NCBI GenBank assembly: GCA_041662665.1
Contig: JBAZSC010000001.1
Span: 129,511 to 193,510, forward strand
DNA from: Patescibacteria group bacterium
GTDB taxonomy: Bacteria > Patescibacteriota > JABMPQ01 > JAQVVF01
DNA length: 64,000 nucleotides
Reading direction: 5' to 3'
Shown: in pieces, positions 20,701 through 29,157 of the stretch
Numbering within the stretch: position 1 is the first letter of the stretch
Layout of the letters: each line of letters starts with the position of its first letter
The notes under the pieces: generated by a model
Seen by the model: the letters and a program-made list of their open reading frames with translations, nothing else
What the model was told of the DNA's origin: nothing
Database searches by the model: none
Made by a program: the position numbers and the translations under genes

Positions 20701-21112
20701 AGATTTAAATTTAATTGATTTTTGGAATAAACCGCAATATGCAACGATTGAGGACAGCTATCTAAAAACATTGAGGCGTGGTATCATATCAAATGATGAA
20801 ATTAATCAATTCCTAAATCAAGCAGAATATTCTTCTAAAGCATTAATCAGAGAAAAATTAAGATCTCAAGAAGAATATAGTCTTATTAAAAAACAGATTA
20901 TTAAACAAAAAGACAGTTCAATCTTAGCTTTTATTTTCTCCGCAGTTCTCGGCCGAGAAATTACTCCAAGAGAAAATAGCCATTATCTTGCCCAATATCA
21001 AAAGCTCGAAAAAGAAAAAGGCATGAATAAAGAAAAAGCTGCTGATAGAATAGAATCTGAATTAATTAATAGTTCTGAATATAAAAAAGAATTACAACAA
21101 ACAATAAAATAA
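17705..21112 (+). CDS. Large surface protein, paralog of 14459-17653
   Basis: N-terminal TM, Cys modules, NENTN low-complexity tract, shared C-terminal region (YKGLGRVILKF, SPYGLKTAMA, SSEYK). Confidence 0.7.
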   Translation: MEAKNKFYRLIGIIIIFLSIGAIAYLSFSNYFGKTKINNFGEDYPVDEIKDANEEKLEELVVSAQKTLDQQIKNQAPDTSKSDQEMIREQIINKIYSENVNAEVLAQEKNIAQSISNQSIAQLNSEIASGGNDNNQNLNSKILDLADKLFIKQKAKKTAQETVNEINDEVTSAINNSNLDSRKQSSSAVNIMHAIIFDDPNLAFSNASNSKEKRALQDIYKNALNDSNNKIDNNLLTLNNQNNKDEFNYQFKESLKQVVTVVKQDTKVRMSSALSDNAKKTIADQVVADSNPNNSADQIIDCANNANIEQCLTKGNQKPIAEQVKQVEQVTQTINNTYDNLDNENGKIMNQEDKQEIIDTTIKKTKEEIKNQPLVEYICTCKAPENVCQSTGKNYTDKDQCANEQGGECFESLDACYGYCKQPATVEEETVATCTKLIICHIPSDNPENQQEICVAESAAKAHYAHGDYEGYCKTAPTNEPVNENTNTSNETNENINTNTNEIANENANQPLNENTNINESTNQVANENTNININTNQNVNVNENTNVVTNANQNTNQSTGGGIDVPNVPPTDNPDPNQKPPLDIQPVENGNFFAYCDREVGQCRTAENMFKDENSCLSSLQSQFPNKNITACIPFDSTTQSYPCLESCTKTTPENQQINDLEKSLHDYVVENPVFLKEEINKIKEDITEKTIRVFNEKVKPTPIDQQKQDQIVNDLKNEINQQIQALPENARPSYEEVIDKLAHNESDEISLKAWIVYKGLGRVILKFEENEFDVYKKLYSENVIKSAFDAGNLKFKFGEKADDLKYDFKIYKDQKSDRFYAVVYNLGEDNLVNKDNDQYGSKEYYFQVATDEKFSEIFTFKSLNRVGEALYDQNKLFGQNHDLKRYGTIAYDFNKGSQENNYIKKSGLSSYIDSNASPYGLKTAMAKSPNFINALKKINNIDSIKKVYTGYVDLLIPQDIYYQYSEPTVKYWANTIAKKDLNFNSVVQNLFFTTKEQDLNLIDFWNKPQYATIEDSYLKTLRRGIISNDEINQFLNQAEYSSKALIREKLRSQEEYSLIKKQIIKQKDSSILAFIFSAVLGREITPRENSHYLAQYQKLEKEKGMNKEKAADRIESELINSSEYKKELQQTIK

Positions 21113-21119
21113 TCTTTTT

Positions 21120-21701
21120 ATGCCAACAAAAGTTTCAACAAAAATTAATGTTTCTGTTTTAACAGGCGTCATTCTAGCAGGAGCGATGATGTTCGCTCTT
21201 GCCGGATTTGGCTTTTTGAAAACAGAAATAGAGCCAACCATCAAAAATAATTTGCCTGGCTGGGCATGGAGTTTTCAGACTCCAGACAATTATAGTTTTG
21301 ATAACAGCAAGATTAAGATCGAAAATTCAGTTGTCGAATTACAACAAGGAATAGAGCAAGGAGAAATAAAAAATAATTATCCTTACTCTTACGGCTGTTT
21401 GCCAAATCCTGCTGTTGCATTTATTACTGATTCTGATGGCGAAATTTCATATCAAATCAGCAAAGACAATTTGAATTGGTATTACTGGAATTCTGGATCT
21501 TGGAAAAATGCGACTAATATTGACCAAGCAAATACTGCCACAGAAGTTAATCAGCATATTGTCGATTTTTATCCATTATCTTTGAATCAATTTTACTTTA
21601 ATGCTATCTTGAACAAAAAAGATAGTAGATTAAGAGGAATTCAAATTACTTGCGATGAATCAACACTGAAAAAAGTTGAACTTTATCCAAAAAGTCTCTA
21701 G
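21120..21701 (+). CDS. Membrane-anchored hypothetical protein
   Basis: N-terminal TM; ISYQISKD..NWYYWNSGSW; terminator 21711-21741. Confidence 0.65.
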   Translation: MPTKVSTKINVSVLTGVILAGAMMFALAGFGFLKTEIEPTIKNNLPGWAWSFQTPDNYSFDNSKIKIENSVVELQQGIEQGEIKNNYPYSYGCLPNPAVAFITDSDGEISYQISKDNLNWYYWNSGSWKNATNIDQANTATEVNQHIVDFYPLSLNQFYFNAILNKKDSRLRGIQITCDESTLKKVELYPKSL

Positions 21702-21764
21702 AATATTTTAAAAGCCAGCAAAATAAAATGCTGGTTTTTTTAATTTAGTAATGATAAAATAATT

Positions 21765-21854
21765 TGACAAGTTAAATAAGTTAGACTAGTTAGACTTGTT
21801 AGATTAGTTCGTTAACTTATTTAACCAGTCTAACAAATCTAACCAGTCTAACAA
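21765..21854. repeat. Periodic imperfect palindrome (9-mer GTTAGACTx/xAGTCTAAC)
   Basis: gttagactagttagacttgttagatt...taaccagtctaacaaatctaaccagtctaac. Confidence 0.8.
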
Positions 21855-21860
21855 ATATTC

Positions 21861-22973
21861 ATGTATCTTTCTTCTCTTCAACTTAAAAATTTTCGCAATT
21901 ACAAAGATTTTGAATCAAGTTTCACCAATGGCTTGATTATTTTGACTGGCCAGAATGCTTCCGGAAAAACTAATTTATTAGAAGCAGTTGAATTATTGTC
22001 ATTATCAAAATCTTTTCGTGCCAGGTCAGAATACGATTTAATTTTATTTGGTATGGATTTCGCCAAAATTTTAGGAACATCACAGAAAAATAATCACCAA
22101 ACAAAATTAGATATTACTATTGATTCATTAACTTCCAAAAATCAAAAAGTAATTAAAATTGATGGTTTAAAAAGTCGCGCTTTTGATTTGATCGGCGAAT
22201 TAGTTACTGTACTTTTTTCTCCAGAAGATTTGAATTTAGTTAATTCAGCGCCACAACTTCGCCGACGTTATTTAGATGTTGTCATTTGCCAGATTAATAA
22301 AGACTATTGCCGAAATTTGTCCGAATACAAAAAAGTTTTAATTAATCGAAATCAGCTTTTAGCTAATATCAAAGATGGTTATGCAAAAAAAGAGGAATTA
22401 AGTTTTTGGAATGAAAAATTAATTGATTTAGGAACAAGGATTATTATCGAACGCCAAAAAACTTTACAATTTTTTAATACTAAATTGTCAGAAATTTACA
22501 ATGATATCTGCGATACTAAAGATCAAAAACTTCGTATAATTTATCTACCAAATTTGCCTTTGTTAAAAGATTCAGACATCAAAAAATTATTTGAACAAGA
22601 ATTAAATAATAAATACGAAAGAGAAATTTATAAAACTTACACTTTAGTTGGTCCGCATCGAGATAATTTTGTTTTTGAACTTAATAAAAAGAGATTAGCC
22701 ATCTTTGGTTCGCGAGGTGAATATCGCAGCGCAATATTAGCTTTAAAATCTGCAGAATTAGATTTTATTGAACAAAGCTTGGGAGAACGACCGATTCTTT
22801 TGCTTGATGATGTTTTTTCTGAATTAGATGAAAAAAGACGCAATCACATGTTTGATTTAGTCAGACGCCAGCAAACTTTTATCACTTCTGCTGATTTTGT
22901 CGGACTTGAAGTTGGTTTTGTTAGAGATGCGCAAGTACTTCAAATCAAAAATGGAGAAATAACGAATAAATAA
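21861..22973 (+). CDS. recF: DNA replication/repair protein RecF
   Basis: NFRNY, GQNASGKTNLLEA, GPHRD, SRGE, LLLDDVFSELD. Confidence 0.95.
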   Translation: MYLSSLQLKNFRNYKDFESSFTNGLIILTGQNASGKTNLLEAVELLSLSKSFRARSEYDLILFGMDFAKILGTSQKNNHQTKLDITIDSLTSKNQKVIKIDGLKSRAFDLIGELVTVLFSPEDLNLVNSAPQLRRRYLDVVICQINKDYCRNLSEYKKVLINRNQLLANIKDGYAKKEELSFWNEKLIDLGTRIIIERQKTLQFFNTKLSEIYNDICDTKDQKLRIIYLPNLPLLKDSDIKKLFEQELNNKYEREIYKTYTLVGPHRDNFVFELNKKRLAIFGSRGEYRSAILALKSAELDFIEQSLGERPILLLDDVFSELDEKRRNHMFDLVRRQQTFITSADFVGLEVGFVRDAQVLQIKNGEITNK

Positions 22974-23073
22974 CAAAATCCAAATTCCAAACAAATCACA
23001 AATAACAAACGACAAATCGTCGATTTTGTAATTTGGATTTTGTAATTTGTTTGGAATTTGGTATTTGTAATTT
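22968..23073. repeat. Heptamer palindrome family A (NNCAAAT/ATTTGNN), empty copy
   Basis: caaattccaaacaaat (22981) / atttgtttggaatttg (23045); loop contains cgtcga. Confidence 0.9.
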
Positions 23074-23081
23074 ATTTCGAG

Positions 23082-23381
23082 ATGTCTATTTTTTCTCTCA
23101 AAGATTTACTGCCAGTTGCAATTAACAATGCTGGCATTAAAACACAGCTTGAAGCTTCTCAAGTTTGTTTGACTTGTGAAAAATTAATTAAAGAATTAAA
23201 TCACAAAGCTTTTAAGCTCGCAAAACCAATTAGTCTAAAAAATAAAACGCTAACCATTCAAGTTCCATCTTCATCTCATGCTCAAGAATTATTAATGCAC
23301 CAACATATCATCAAGCAAAAAATCAACCAGCATTTTAGAAAACAGCTGGTTGATCGGATAAGTTATAAAATAGAATTTTAG
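23082..23381 (+). CDS. DUF721/DciA family protein
   Basis: Follows recF; LTIQVPSSSHAQEL...KIN motif. Confidence 0.75.
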   Translation: MSIFSLKDLLPVAINNAGIKTQLEASQVCLTCEKLIKELNHKAFKLAKPISLKNKTLTIQVPSSSHAQELLMHQHIIKQKINQHFRKQLVDRISYKIEF

Positions 23382-23394
23382 TTAGATTATAGTA

Positions 23395-23775
23395 TTATAC
23401 AAGAACAGAAATTTTTCTTTCTATACCGGAAATCAATTCATCACTATTTGAATATTCAAGAAAATAATTTGTTATTGCGTGCAAAGATCCTGACAATTTT
23501 ACATTTTTCCTATATATACAAATTATAGGAATATTATAGAAATTAGCCCAACCTAATTCGATACCTAAACCTGTAGATGGATAGGAAACCTCAGCAAGAA
23601 TAACATCACATTCTTTTTTAAAAAAATCTTTAGAATAAAATGGCTTTTCGTTATTTTCATGAGGTAAAACAAAATTATATTTACTATTTAGATTACTTTT
23701 ACGAATAGGTCCATACAAATCTCTTTTGTAATCAAAATCTCTTGAATGAGCAACATATATATTCATAAAATACAA
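23395..23775 (-). CDS. Nucleoside 2-deoxyribosyltransferase-like protein
   Basis: CDVILAEVSYPSTGLGIELGWA. Confidence 0.7.
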   Translation of the reverse strand: MYFMNIYVAHSRDFDYKRDLYGPIRKSNLNSKYNFVLPHENNEKPFYSKDFFKKECDVILAEVSYPSTGLGIELGWANFYNIPIICIYRKNVKLSGSLHAITNYFLEYSNSDELISGIERKISVLV

Positions 23776-23779
23776 AAAG

Positions 23780-24115
23780 TTATATTTTCATCATTTTCTC
23801 AACATTCACAATAAAAACAGTTGCTCCTCCAATTCTAATCTTCGTTGCTTCTTCAACATTCATCCCACTTTCCATACCATGAGTCATATATGCTGGAGCA
23901 GAAATAACCTTTTCTTTAACTTCGCAATTCTTTTTTATAATTTCTAAAACCTTTTCAATTTTTTCATCCTCAACACCAACTAAAAAAGTGGTGTTTTTTT
24001 TCTCTAAAAATCCGCCTTCAGATGTTAATTTCGTTAAACTAAATCTACCAGCAACAAGTTCTGCCTTCAATTTTTTCGTATTTTCTTTAGGTGTAATAAT
24101 AACTAGTAATTTCAT
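23780..24115 (-). CDS. darA: PII-like cyclic-di-AMP receptor (DarA/PstA, DUF970)
   Basis: TKLTSEGGFL..NTTFLVGVED, C-terminal GGATVFIVNVE. Confidence 0.85.
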   Translation of the reverse strand: MKLLVIITPKENTKKLKAELVAGRFSLTKLTSEGGFLEKKNTTFLVGVEDEKIEKVLEIIKKNCEVKEKVISAPAYMTHGMESGMNVEEATKIRIGGATVFIVNVEKMMKI

Positions 24116-24220
24116 ATATTAAAATTATAGCATAAATTTAGAAAATAGAAAACAGGAAACAGAAAAATAATCAAATTATTTGCTTTTGTTTTGACTTTAT
24201 TTAAAAAATATAGTAAAATC

Positions 24221-24289
24221 AGTAATTAGTAACTAGTAATTAGCAAACTTTCATCGTCTCTAGTTACTAGTTCCTAGTTACTAATTACT
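24221..24289. repeat. Periodic imperfect palindrome (7-mer TAGTAAC/GTTACTA)
   Basis: agtaattagtaactagtaattag...ctagttactagttcctagttactaattact; related copy 40719-40753. Confidence 0.8.
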
Positions 24290-24293
24290 TTTA

Positions 24294-26252
24294 ATGAACA
24301 TATCAACTTTAGCAAAAAAATTAGGTTACCATAGCCAAGAAATGCGCAAGATGATTGAGGCAATGGGATATCGACTTCGACCAACAGCGTCGAAGATTTC
24401 TGATAAAAAAGCAAAAGAAATTACCAAAAAAGTAGAAAAGCTAGAAAAGGAAAAAACTCTAGAAATGAAAGAAGAACAGAAAAAAGTTGAAAAAGCCAAA
24501 GAACCAAAAAAACTTTATGTCGCCCAAACTATTACAGTTAAGGATTTCGCACAAGTTTTAGAAATGGAAGTTACTGATGTCATTAGACAATTGATCCAGG
24601 AAGGCATCATGGCAACAATCAATGAAGAAATTGATTTTGAAACAGCGAGTATTATTGCTGAAGAATTAGGCCATAAAATTGAATTAAAAAAAGAAGAAAA
24701 AGATTTGATTAAGGAAAAAGGAGTTCGCAAACAGATTCTCGAAGATTTATCTCATGAAGAAGAAAAGAATTTAAAGCCTCGTCCTCCAGTTGTTGTTGTC
24801 ATGGGTCACGTTGATCATGGCAAGACAAAATTATTGGATGTCATTCGCGAAACAAATATTATTGCTACTGAAGCAGGAGGTATTACTCAAAAAATCGGTG
24901 CTTATCAAGCAAAATGCAATGGCAAAGTCATTACGTTTTTAGATACTCCTGGTCACGAAGCTTTCAAAGCAATGCGCGAAAGAGGTGCAAAAGTTACTGA
25001 TATGGCAATTCTTGTTGTTGCAGCTGATGACGGTGTTATGCCTCAAACAGAAGAAGCAATTGCGCATGCCAAAAATGCTGGCGTGCCAATTATTGTTGCT
25101 ATCAACAAAATAGATAAAGAAGGTGCTGATCCAGAAAAAGTAAAAAGACAGCTCGCTGATTTAGGTTTGCAACCAGAAGATTGGGGAGGCGATACAATTA
25201 TGGTTGAAATATCTGCCAAAATGAATAAAAATATCGATAAGCTTTTAGAAATGGTTTTATTGCAAGCGGAAATTTTAGAATTAAAAGCCAACCAAGAATC
25301 AAAAGCCATAGGCACAATCATTGAAGCAAACAAAGATCCCAAAAAAGGTCCAGTTGCTACAGTTTTGATTCAAAATGGAACTTTGAATTTGGGCGATTAT
25401 GTTACTTGTGGCAGTATCTATGGAAAAATCAAGGCAATGGAAAATTTCTTAGGCAAAAGAATAAATCATGCTAAGCCATCAACTCCAGTTCAAATTTTAG
25501 GTCTTACAGCAGTTCCAGATTCTGGCGATATTTTGCAAGAAGAAAAATCCAAAGAAGCAGCTCGAGAAAAAATTGCCAAAATCGCAAAAGCAGAAATCAA
25601 GATTAAACGCAATTTGACTCCAGAAGAAGAAAGAAAAATTAAAAAATTAAATATAATTTTAATTGCTGATTTTTATGGATCTCTTGAAGCAATTATTGAT
25701 GAGCTAAACAAAATCAATTCCAAGCAAGTTATGCCTCAAATCATTGATTATTCTGCTGGCAAGATTACTGAATCAAATGTCATGAATGCTCAATCTTCAA
25801 ATGCAATTATTTTTGGTTTTAATTCTAAGCCAACAACTGTTGCATCTCGTCTTGCCGAAGATAAGCATGTCAAAATATTTTCCTACGATATTATTTACGA
25901 ATTAATTGACGAAATCAAAAAACAATTGAGTTCTTTGATCGAGCCAGAAGTCATTAAGACAAAATTAGGCAAACTTAATGTTTTAGCAATTTTCAGATCT
26001 GAAAAGAAAAGAAAAATTATTGGCGGCAGAGTCTTGTCTGGCTTCCTAGCAAAAGATTCAATTGTAAAAATAATCAGAGAAGATGTAGAAATTGGCCAAG
26101 GAAAAATTACTACTGTTCAAAAAAATATGGCTGATGTACAAAAGGTAGAAGCAGGTTCAGAATGTGGAATGTCAATTGATACGACTGTCAAAGTTAAAGA
26201 AGGTGACGTGATTGAAGCTTGGAAAGAAGAAATCAAAAAAATCACTTTATAA
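24294..26252 (+). CDS. infB: Translation initiation factor IF-2
   Basis: RPPVVVVMGHVDHGKT, DTPGHEAF, NKID, ECG. Confidence 0.97.
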   Translation: MNISTLAKKLGYHSQEMRKMIEAMGYRLRPTASKISDKKAKEITKKVEKLEKEKTLEMKEEQKKVEKAKEPKKLYVAQTITVKDFAQVLEMEVTDVIRQLIQEGIMATINEEIDFETASIIAEELGHKIELKKEEKDLIKEKGVRKQILEDLSHEEEKNLKPRPPVVVVMGHVDHGKTKLLDVIRETNIIATEAGGITQKIGAYQAKCNGKVITFLDTPGHEAFKAMRERGAKVTDMAILVVAADDGVMPQTEEAIAHAKNAGVPIIVAINKIDKEGADPEKVKRQLADLGLQPEDWGGDTIMVEISAKMNKNIDKLLEMVLLQAEILELKANQESKAIGTIIEANKDPKKGPVATVLIQNGTLNLGDYVTCGSIYGKIKAMENFLGKRINHAKPSTPVQILGLTAVPDSGDILQEEKSKEAAREKIAKIAKAEIKIKRNLTPEEERKIKKLNIILIADFYGSLEAIIDELNKINSKQVMPQIIDYSAGKITESNVMNAQSSNAIIFGFNSKPTTVASRLAEDKHVKIFSYDIIYELIDEIKKQLSSLIEPEVIKTKLGKLNVLAIFRSEKKRKIIGGRVLSGFLAKDSIVKIIREDVEIGQGKITTVQKNMADVQKVEAGSECGMSIDTTVKVKEGDVIEAWKEEIKKITL

Positions 26253-26357
26253 ATCCCAAATCCCAAAAAACAAACAAATAACAAATTACAAATCACAATC
26301 CGTCGACTTTGTAATTTGTTATTTGGGATTTGTTTGGAGTTTAGAATTTGTAATTTT
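26251..26357. repeat. Heptamer palindrome family A, empty copy
   Basis: aaatcccaaatcccaaa...cgtcgac...tttgtaatttgttatttgggatttgtttgg. Confidence 0.9.
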
Positions 26358-26363
26358 ACGATT

Positions 26364-26693
26364 ATGTCACATCGTTTAGAAAAACTTAACAGCCTAATTC
26401 AGCAAGAATTAGGTTTCATTATCAAAGAGGAAGTAGAGATTCCGATTGATTCTTTGATTACTGTTTCAAAAGTAGATACTTCTGTTGACATTAAACACAC
26501 AAACGTGTATATTTCTGTGATCCCAAAAAACAAAGCTGTTAGCGTTATCAAAAAGCTTAATCACAATGTTTATCATTTGCAAAAAGCTTTAAATAAAAAA
26601 TTGGTAATGCACTTTGTTCCAAAGATCCGATTTGTCTTAGACCATTCTGAAGAGCATGCTGAGAAAATCGAAAAGATTTTAGCAAAAATATAA
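26364..26693 (+). CDS. rbfA: Ribosome-binding factor A
   Basis: Follows infB; HRLEKLNSLIQQEL, VPKIRFVLD. Confidence 0.93.
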   Translation: MSHRLEKLNSLIQQELGFIIKEEVEIPIDSLITVSKVDTSVDIKHTNVYISVIPKNKAVSVIKKLNHNVYHLQKALNKKLVMHFVPKIRFVLDHSEEHAEKIEKILAKI

Positions 26694-26811
26694 GAGAATC
26701 TAGAATCTTGAATTTAGAATCTAGAATAGAATAATGAATTCAGAATTTAAGAATTCTATATTCCTTATTCTATATTCATTCCAGATTCCAGATTCTAAAT
26801 TCCAGATTCTC
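26694..26811. repeat. Periodic imperfect palindrome (7-mer TAGAATC/GATTCCA)
   Basis: gagaatctagaatcttgaatttagaatctagaat...attccagattccagattctaaattccagattctc. Confidence 0.85.
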
Positions 26812-27795
26812 ATGTTTAAATTTATCGACATTCAAATAAATCGCGCATTATATTTAATCAAAAAAGCAGAAAATATCCTGATTATTTGCCATCGCAAGCC
26901 GGATGCTGATACTATTGGATCTGCATTAGCTTTGGGTGATATTTTAGAAAAACAAAATAAAAAAATTGAATACGCTTGCCAGGATCAAATCCCTAGCAAG
27001 TTTTTTTTCCTAAAAAATGCCGACAAAATAAAAAAGATTGATGAAATTTTAAAGAATTTTATTAATTACAAGTTACTAATTACTTTGGATTGTGGAAGTT
27101 TCGAACAGACAGGTCTACACAACTTTTTTAGCATCAATGAATTTAAAACGCCTATCATAAATATTGATCATCATCATGATAATCCGCATTACGGAAAACT
27201 CAATATTATTGAAGCTAATGCCTCTTCAACTTCAGAAATTGTCCACAATTTTTTGCTAAAAATGAATGTTGATTTAGATAAAAATATTTCAACAAGTTTA
27301 TTAAATGGAATTTTTGGCGATACTGATAGTTTCAAAAATCCAAATACATCTCATGACACTTTAAAAACAACATCAGACCTTTTGGCATCAGGTGCAAATT
27401 TAAAAGAAATTACCAAAAATACTTTGCAAGACAAATCTTTGTCAACTTTAAGACTTTGGGGTAAGATATTGTCAGATATAAAAAAGAACAAAAAACTTGG
27501 CATAGTTTATGCTGTCATTACTAAAAAAGATTTGCAAGAATGCAACGCCAAATCAGAAGATTTAGAAGGCATTGCCAACTTTTTAAATTCAATTCCAGAT
27601 GTTAAGGCCTCATTAGTTTTATCAGAAAATGAAAAAGGCGAGATCAAAGGTTCATTTCGAACTTTGCATGATCATATTGATGTCTCAAAGTTAGCTCGCA
27701 GTTTAGGTGGCGGAGGACATAAAAAAGCTGCTGGATTTACATTGCCTGGCAGATTAATAAAAGAAGATAATGAAATCAAAATAAATCTCGAGTAA
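26812..27795 (+). CDS. nrnA: DHH/DHHA1 phosphoesterase (NrnA-like)
   Basis: HRKPDADTIGS, NIDHH, DTDSF, GGGGHKKAAG. Confidence 0.88.
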   Translation: MFKFIDIQINRALYLIKKAENILIICHRKPDADTIGSALALGDILEKQNKKIEYACQDQIPSKFFFLKNADKIKKIDEILKNFINYKLLITLDCGSFEQTGLHNFFSINEFKTPIINIDHHHDNPHYGKLNIIEANASSTSEIVHNFLLKMNVDLDKNISTSLLNGIFGDTDSFKNPNTSHDTLKTTSDLLASGANLKEITKNTLQDKSLSTLRLWGKILSDIKKNKKLGIVYAVITKKDLQECNAKSEDLEGIANFLNSIPDVKASLVLSENEKGEIKGSFRTLHDHIDVSKLARSLGGGGHKKAAGFTLPGRLIKEDNEIKINLE

Positions 27796-28277
27796 AATTA
27801 ATAAAATAAGTAAAATTAATAAAACGACGAAATAAAAACAAAAAAATGGCAAAAATAAATCGAATAGAAGATTTAGATGCATGGCAAGAGGCAAGAAAAC
27901 TTTGTCAAGGAATATATCTTATTACAAATCATTTTCCAAAATATGAACTTTATAATATTATGAAGCATTTGAGAGAAAATGGTCGAGGAGTACCTGCTAA
28001 TATTGCAGAAGGATTTGGCAGATATTTTTTCAAGGAAAAATTAAGATTTTATGGAATAGCTAAGGGTTGTTTAGAAGAGATGAGAAATGATATTTATTTA
28101 TCTTATGACAGTAAATATATTAACAAAGAAATATTCAACAAATTTATCAATCAGATTAATAAAGTTTGCAAACAAATTAATGGACTGATTTCTATTACCC
28201 TTCAATTTATGAAAAAGCATTAAAAATTTCTATTAATTTTATTTCTTATTAATTTTACTAATCTTACTTATTTTACA
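27791..28277. mobile_element. Putative inverted-repeat element carrying a four-helix-bundle gene
   Basis: agtaaaattaataa (27791, 27809) / ttattaattttact (28246) flank the ORF; mobility is inferred, not shown. Confidence 0.5.
27846..28223 (+). CDS. Four helix bundle protein (23S rRNA IVP/Avd-like family)
   Basis: EDLDAWQEA, FPKYELY, VPANIAEGFGR, IAKGCLEE, INGLI. Confidence 0.9.
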   Translation: MAKINRIEDLDAWQEARKLCQGIYLITNHFPKYELYNIMKHLRENGRGVPANIAEGFGRYFFKEKLRFYGIAKGCLEEMRNDIYLSYDSKYINKEIFNKFINQINKVCKQINGLISITLQFMKKH

Positions 28278-28281
28278 GTTT

Positions 28282-29043
28282 ATGTTCAGCAGCATTTCTG
28301 CATATTTTTCCACATTTACATTAATAGATTATATTACAACAATTTTAGACATTGGAATTGTTGCTGTTTTGATTTACTTTGCTTTCGCATTTGTCAAAGG
28401 TACTAAAGCTACAAGAATAATTTATGGCATAATAATTTTAAGTGTTGTTGTAGTTATTGGCAGATTACTAAATTTGCAAACTTTGAATTGGGTCTTGTCG
28501 CATTTAACATTATTAATTTTAGTCGCTATACCAGTTGTCTTTCAGCCAGAATTAAGAAGAGCTCTAGAGAGATTAGGCCGTGCCAATATTTTTGGCAAAA
28601 CAAAAAAAGAGTCAACAAAAATCAACGATATTATTGAAGCAATTGAAATTTTAAAGAAAAACAGAATTGGCGCATTAATAGTAATTCAAAGAAAAACTGG
28701 CTTATTAGAATATGTTGAATCAGGAACAGAGCTAAATGCTAATTTATCAATTGCATTATTGCTAAATATTTTCTTTCCAAATTCTCCATTGCATGACGGT
28801 GCAGTCATAATTTTAGGCAACAAGATTCTAGCTGCTGGCTGTATGTTGCCACTTACAGAAGGCGAATATTCAATGACCTACGGCACTCGCCACAAAGCAG
28901 CAATTGGCGTTACCGAAAATACAGATGCCATTGCCTTAGTTGTTTCTGAAGAAAGAGGCGAGGTCTCGATTGCCATTGACGGACATTTGGAGGAAAAAGT
29001 TGGAACGGAAAAATTAGCGAATAAGCTTGAACAGCTTGTTTAG
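28282..29043 (+). CDS. cdaA: Diadenylate cyclase CdaA
   Basis: Three TM helices; FQPELRRALE, PLHDGAV, GTRHKAA, VVSEERG. Confidence 0.95.
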   Translation: MFSSISAYFSTFTLIDYITTILDIGIVAVLIYFAFAFVKGTKATRIIYGIIILSVVVVIGRLLNLQTLNWVLSHLTLLILVAIPVVFQPELRRALERLGRANIFGKTKKESTKINDIIEAIEILKKNRIGALIVIQRKTGLLEYVESGTELNANLSIALLLNIFFPNSPLHDGAVIILGNKILAAGCMLPLTEGEYSMTYGTRHKAAIGVTENTDAIALVVSEERGEVSIAIDGHLEEKVGTEKLANKLEQLV

Positions 29044-29152
29044 AATTTTCAATTACCAATTTCCAATTTTCAAATAATATTCAATGGACAATTTTCATTG
29101 GAAATTGATCATTGGTAATTGATTGTAAATTGATAATTGGAAATTGAAAATT
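29043..29152. repeat. Heptamer palindrome family B (NNNCAAT/ATTGNNN)
   Basis: ttttcaattaccaatttccaattttcaa...attggaaattgatcattggtaatt...ggaaattgaaaatt. Confidence 0.9.
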
Positions 29153-29157
29153 ATTTT

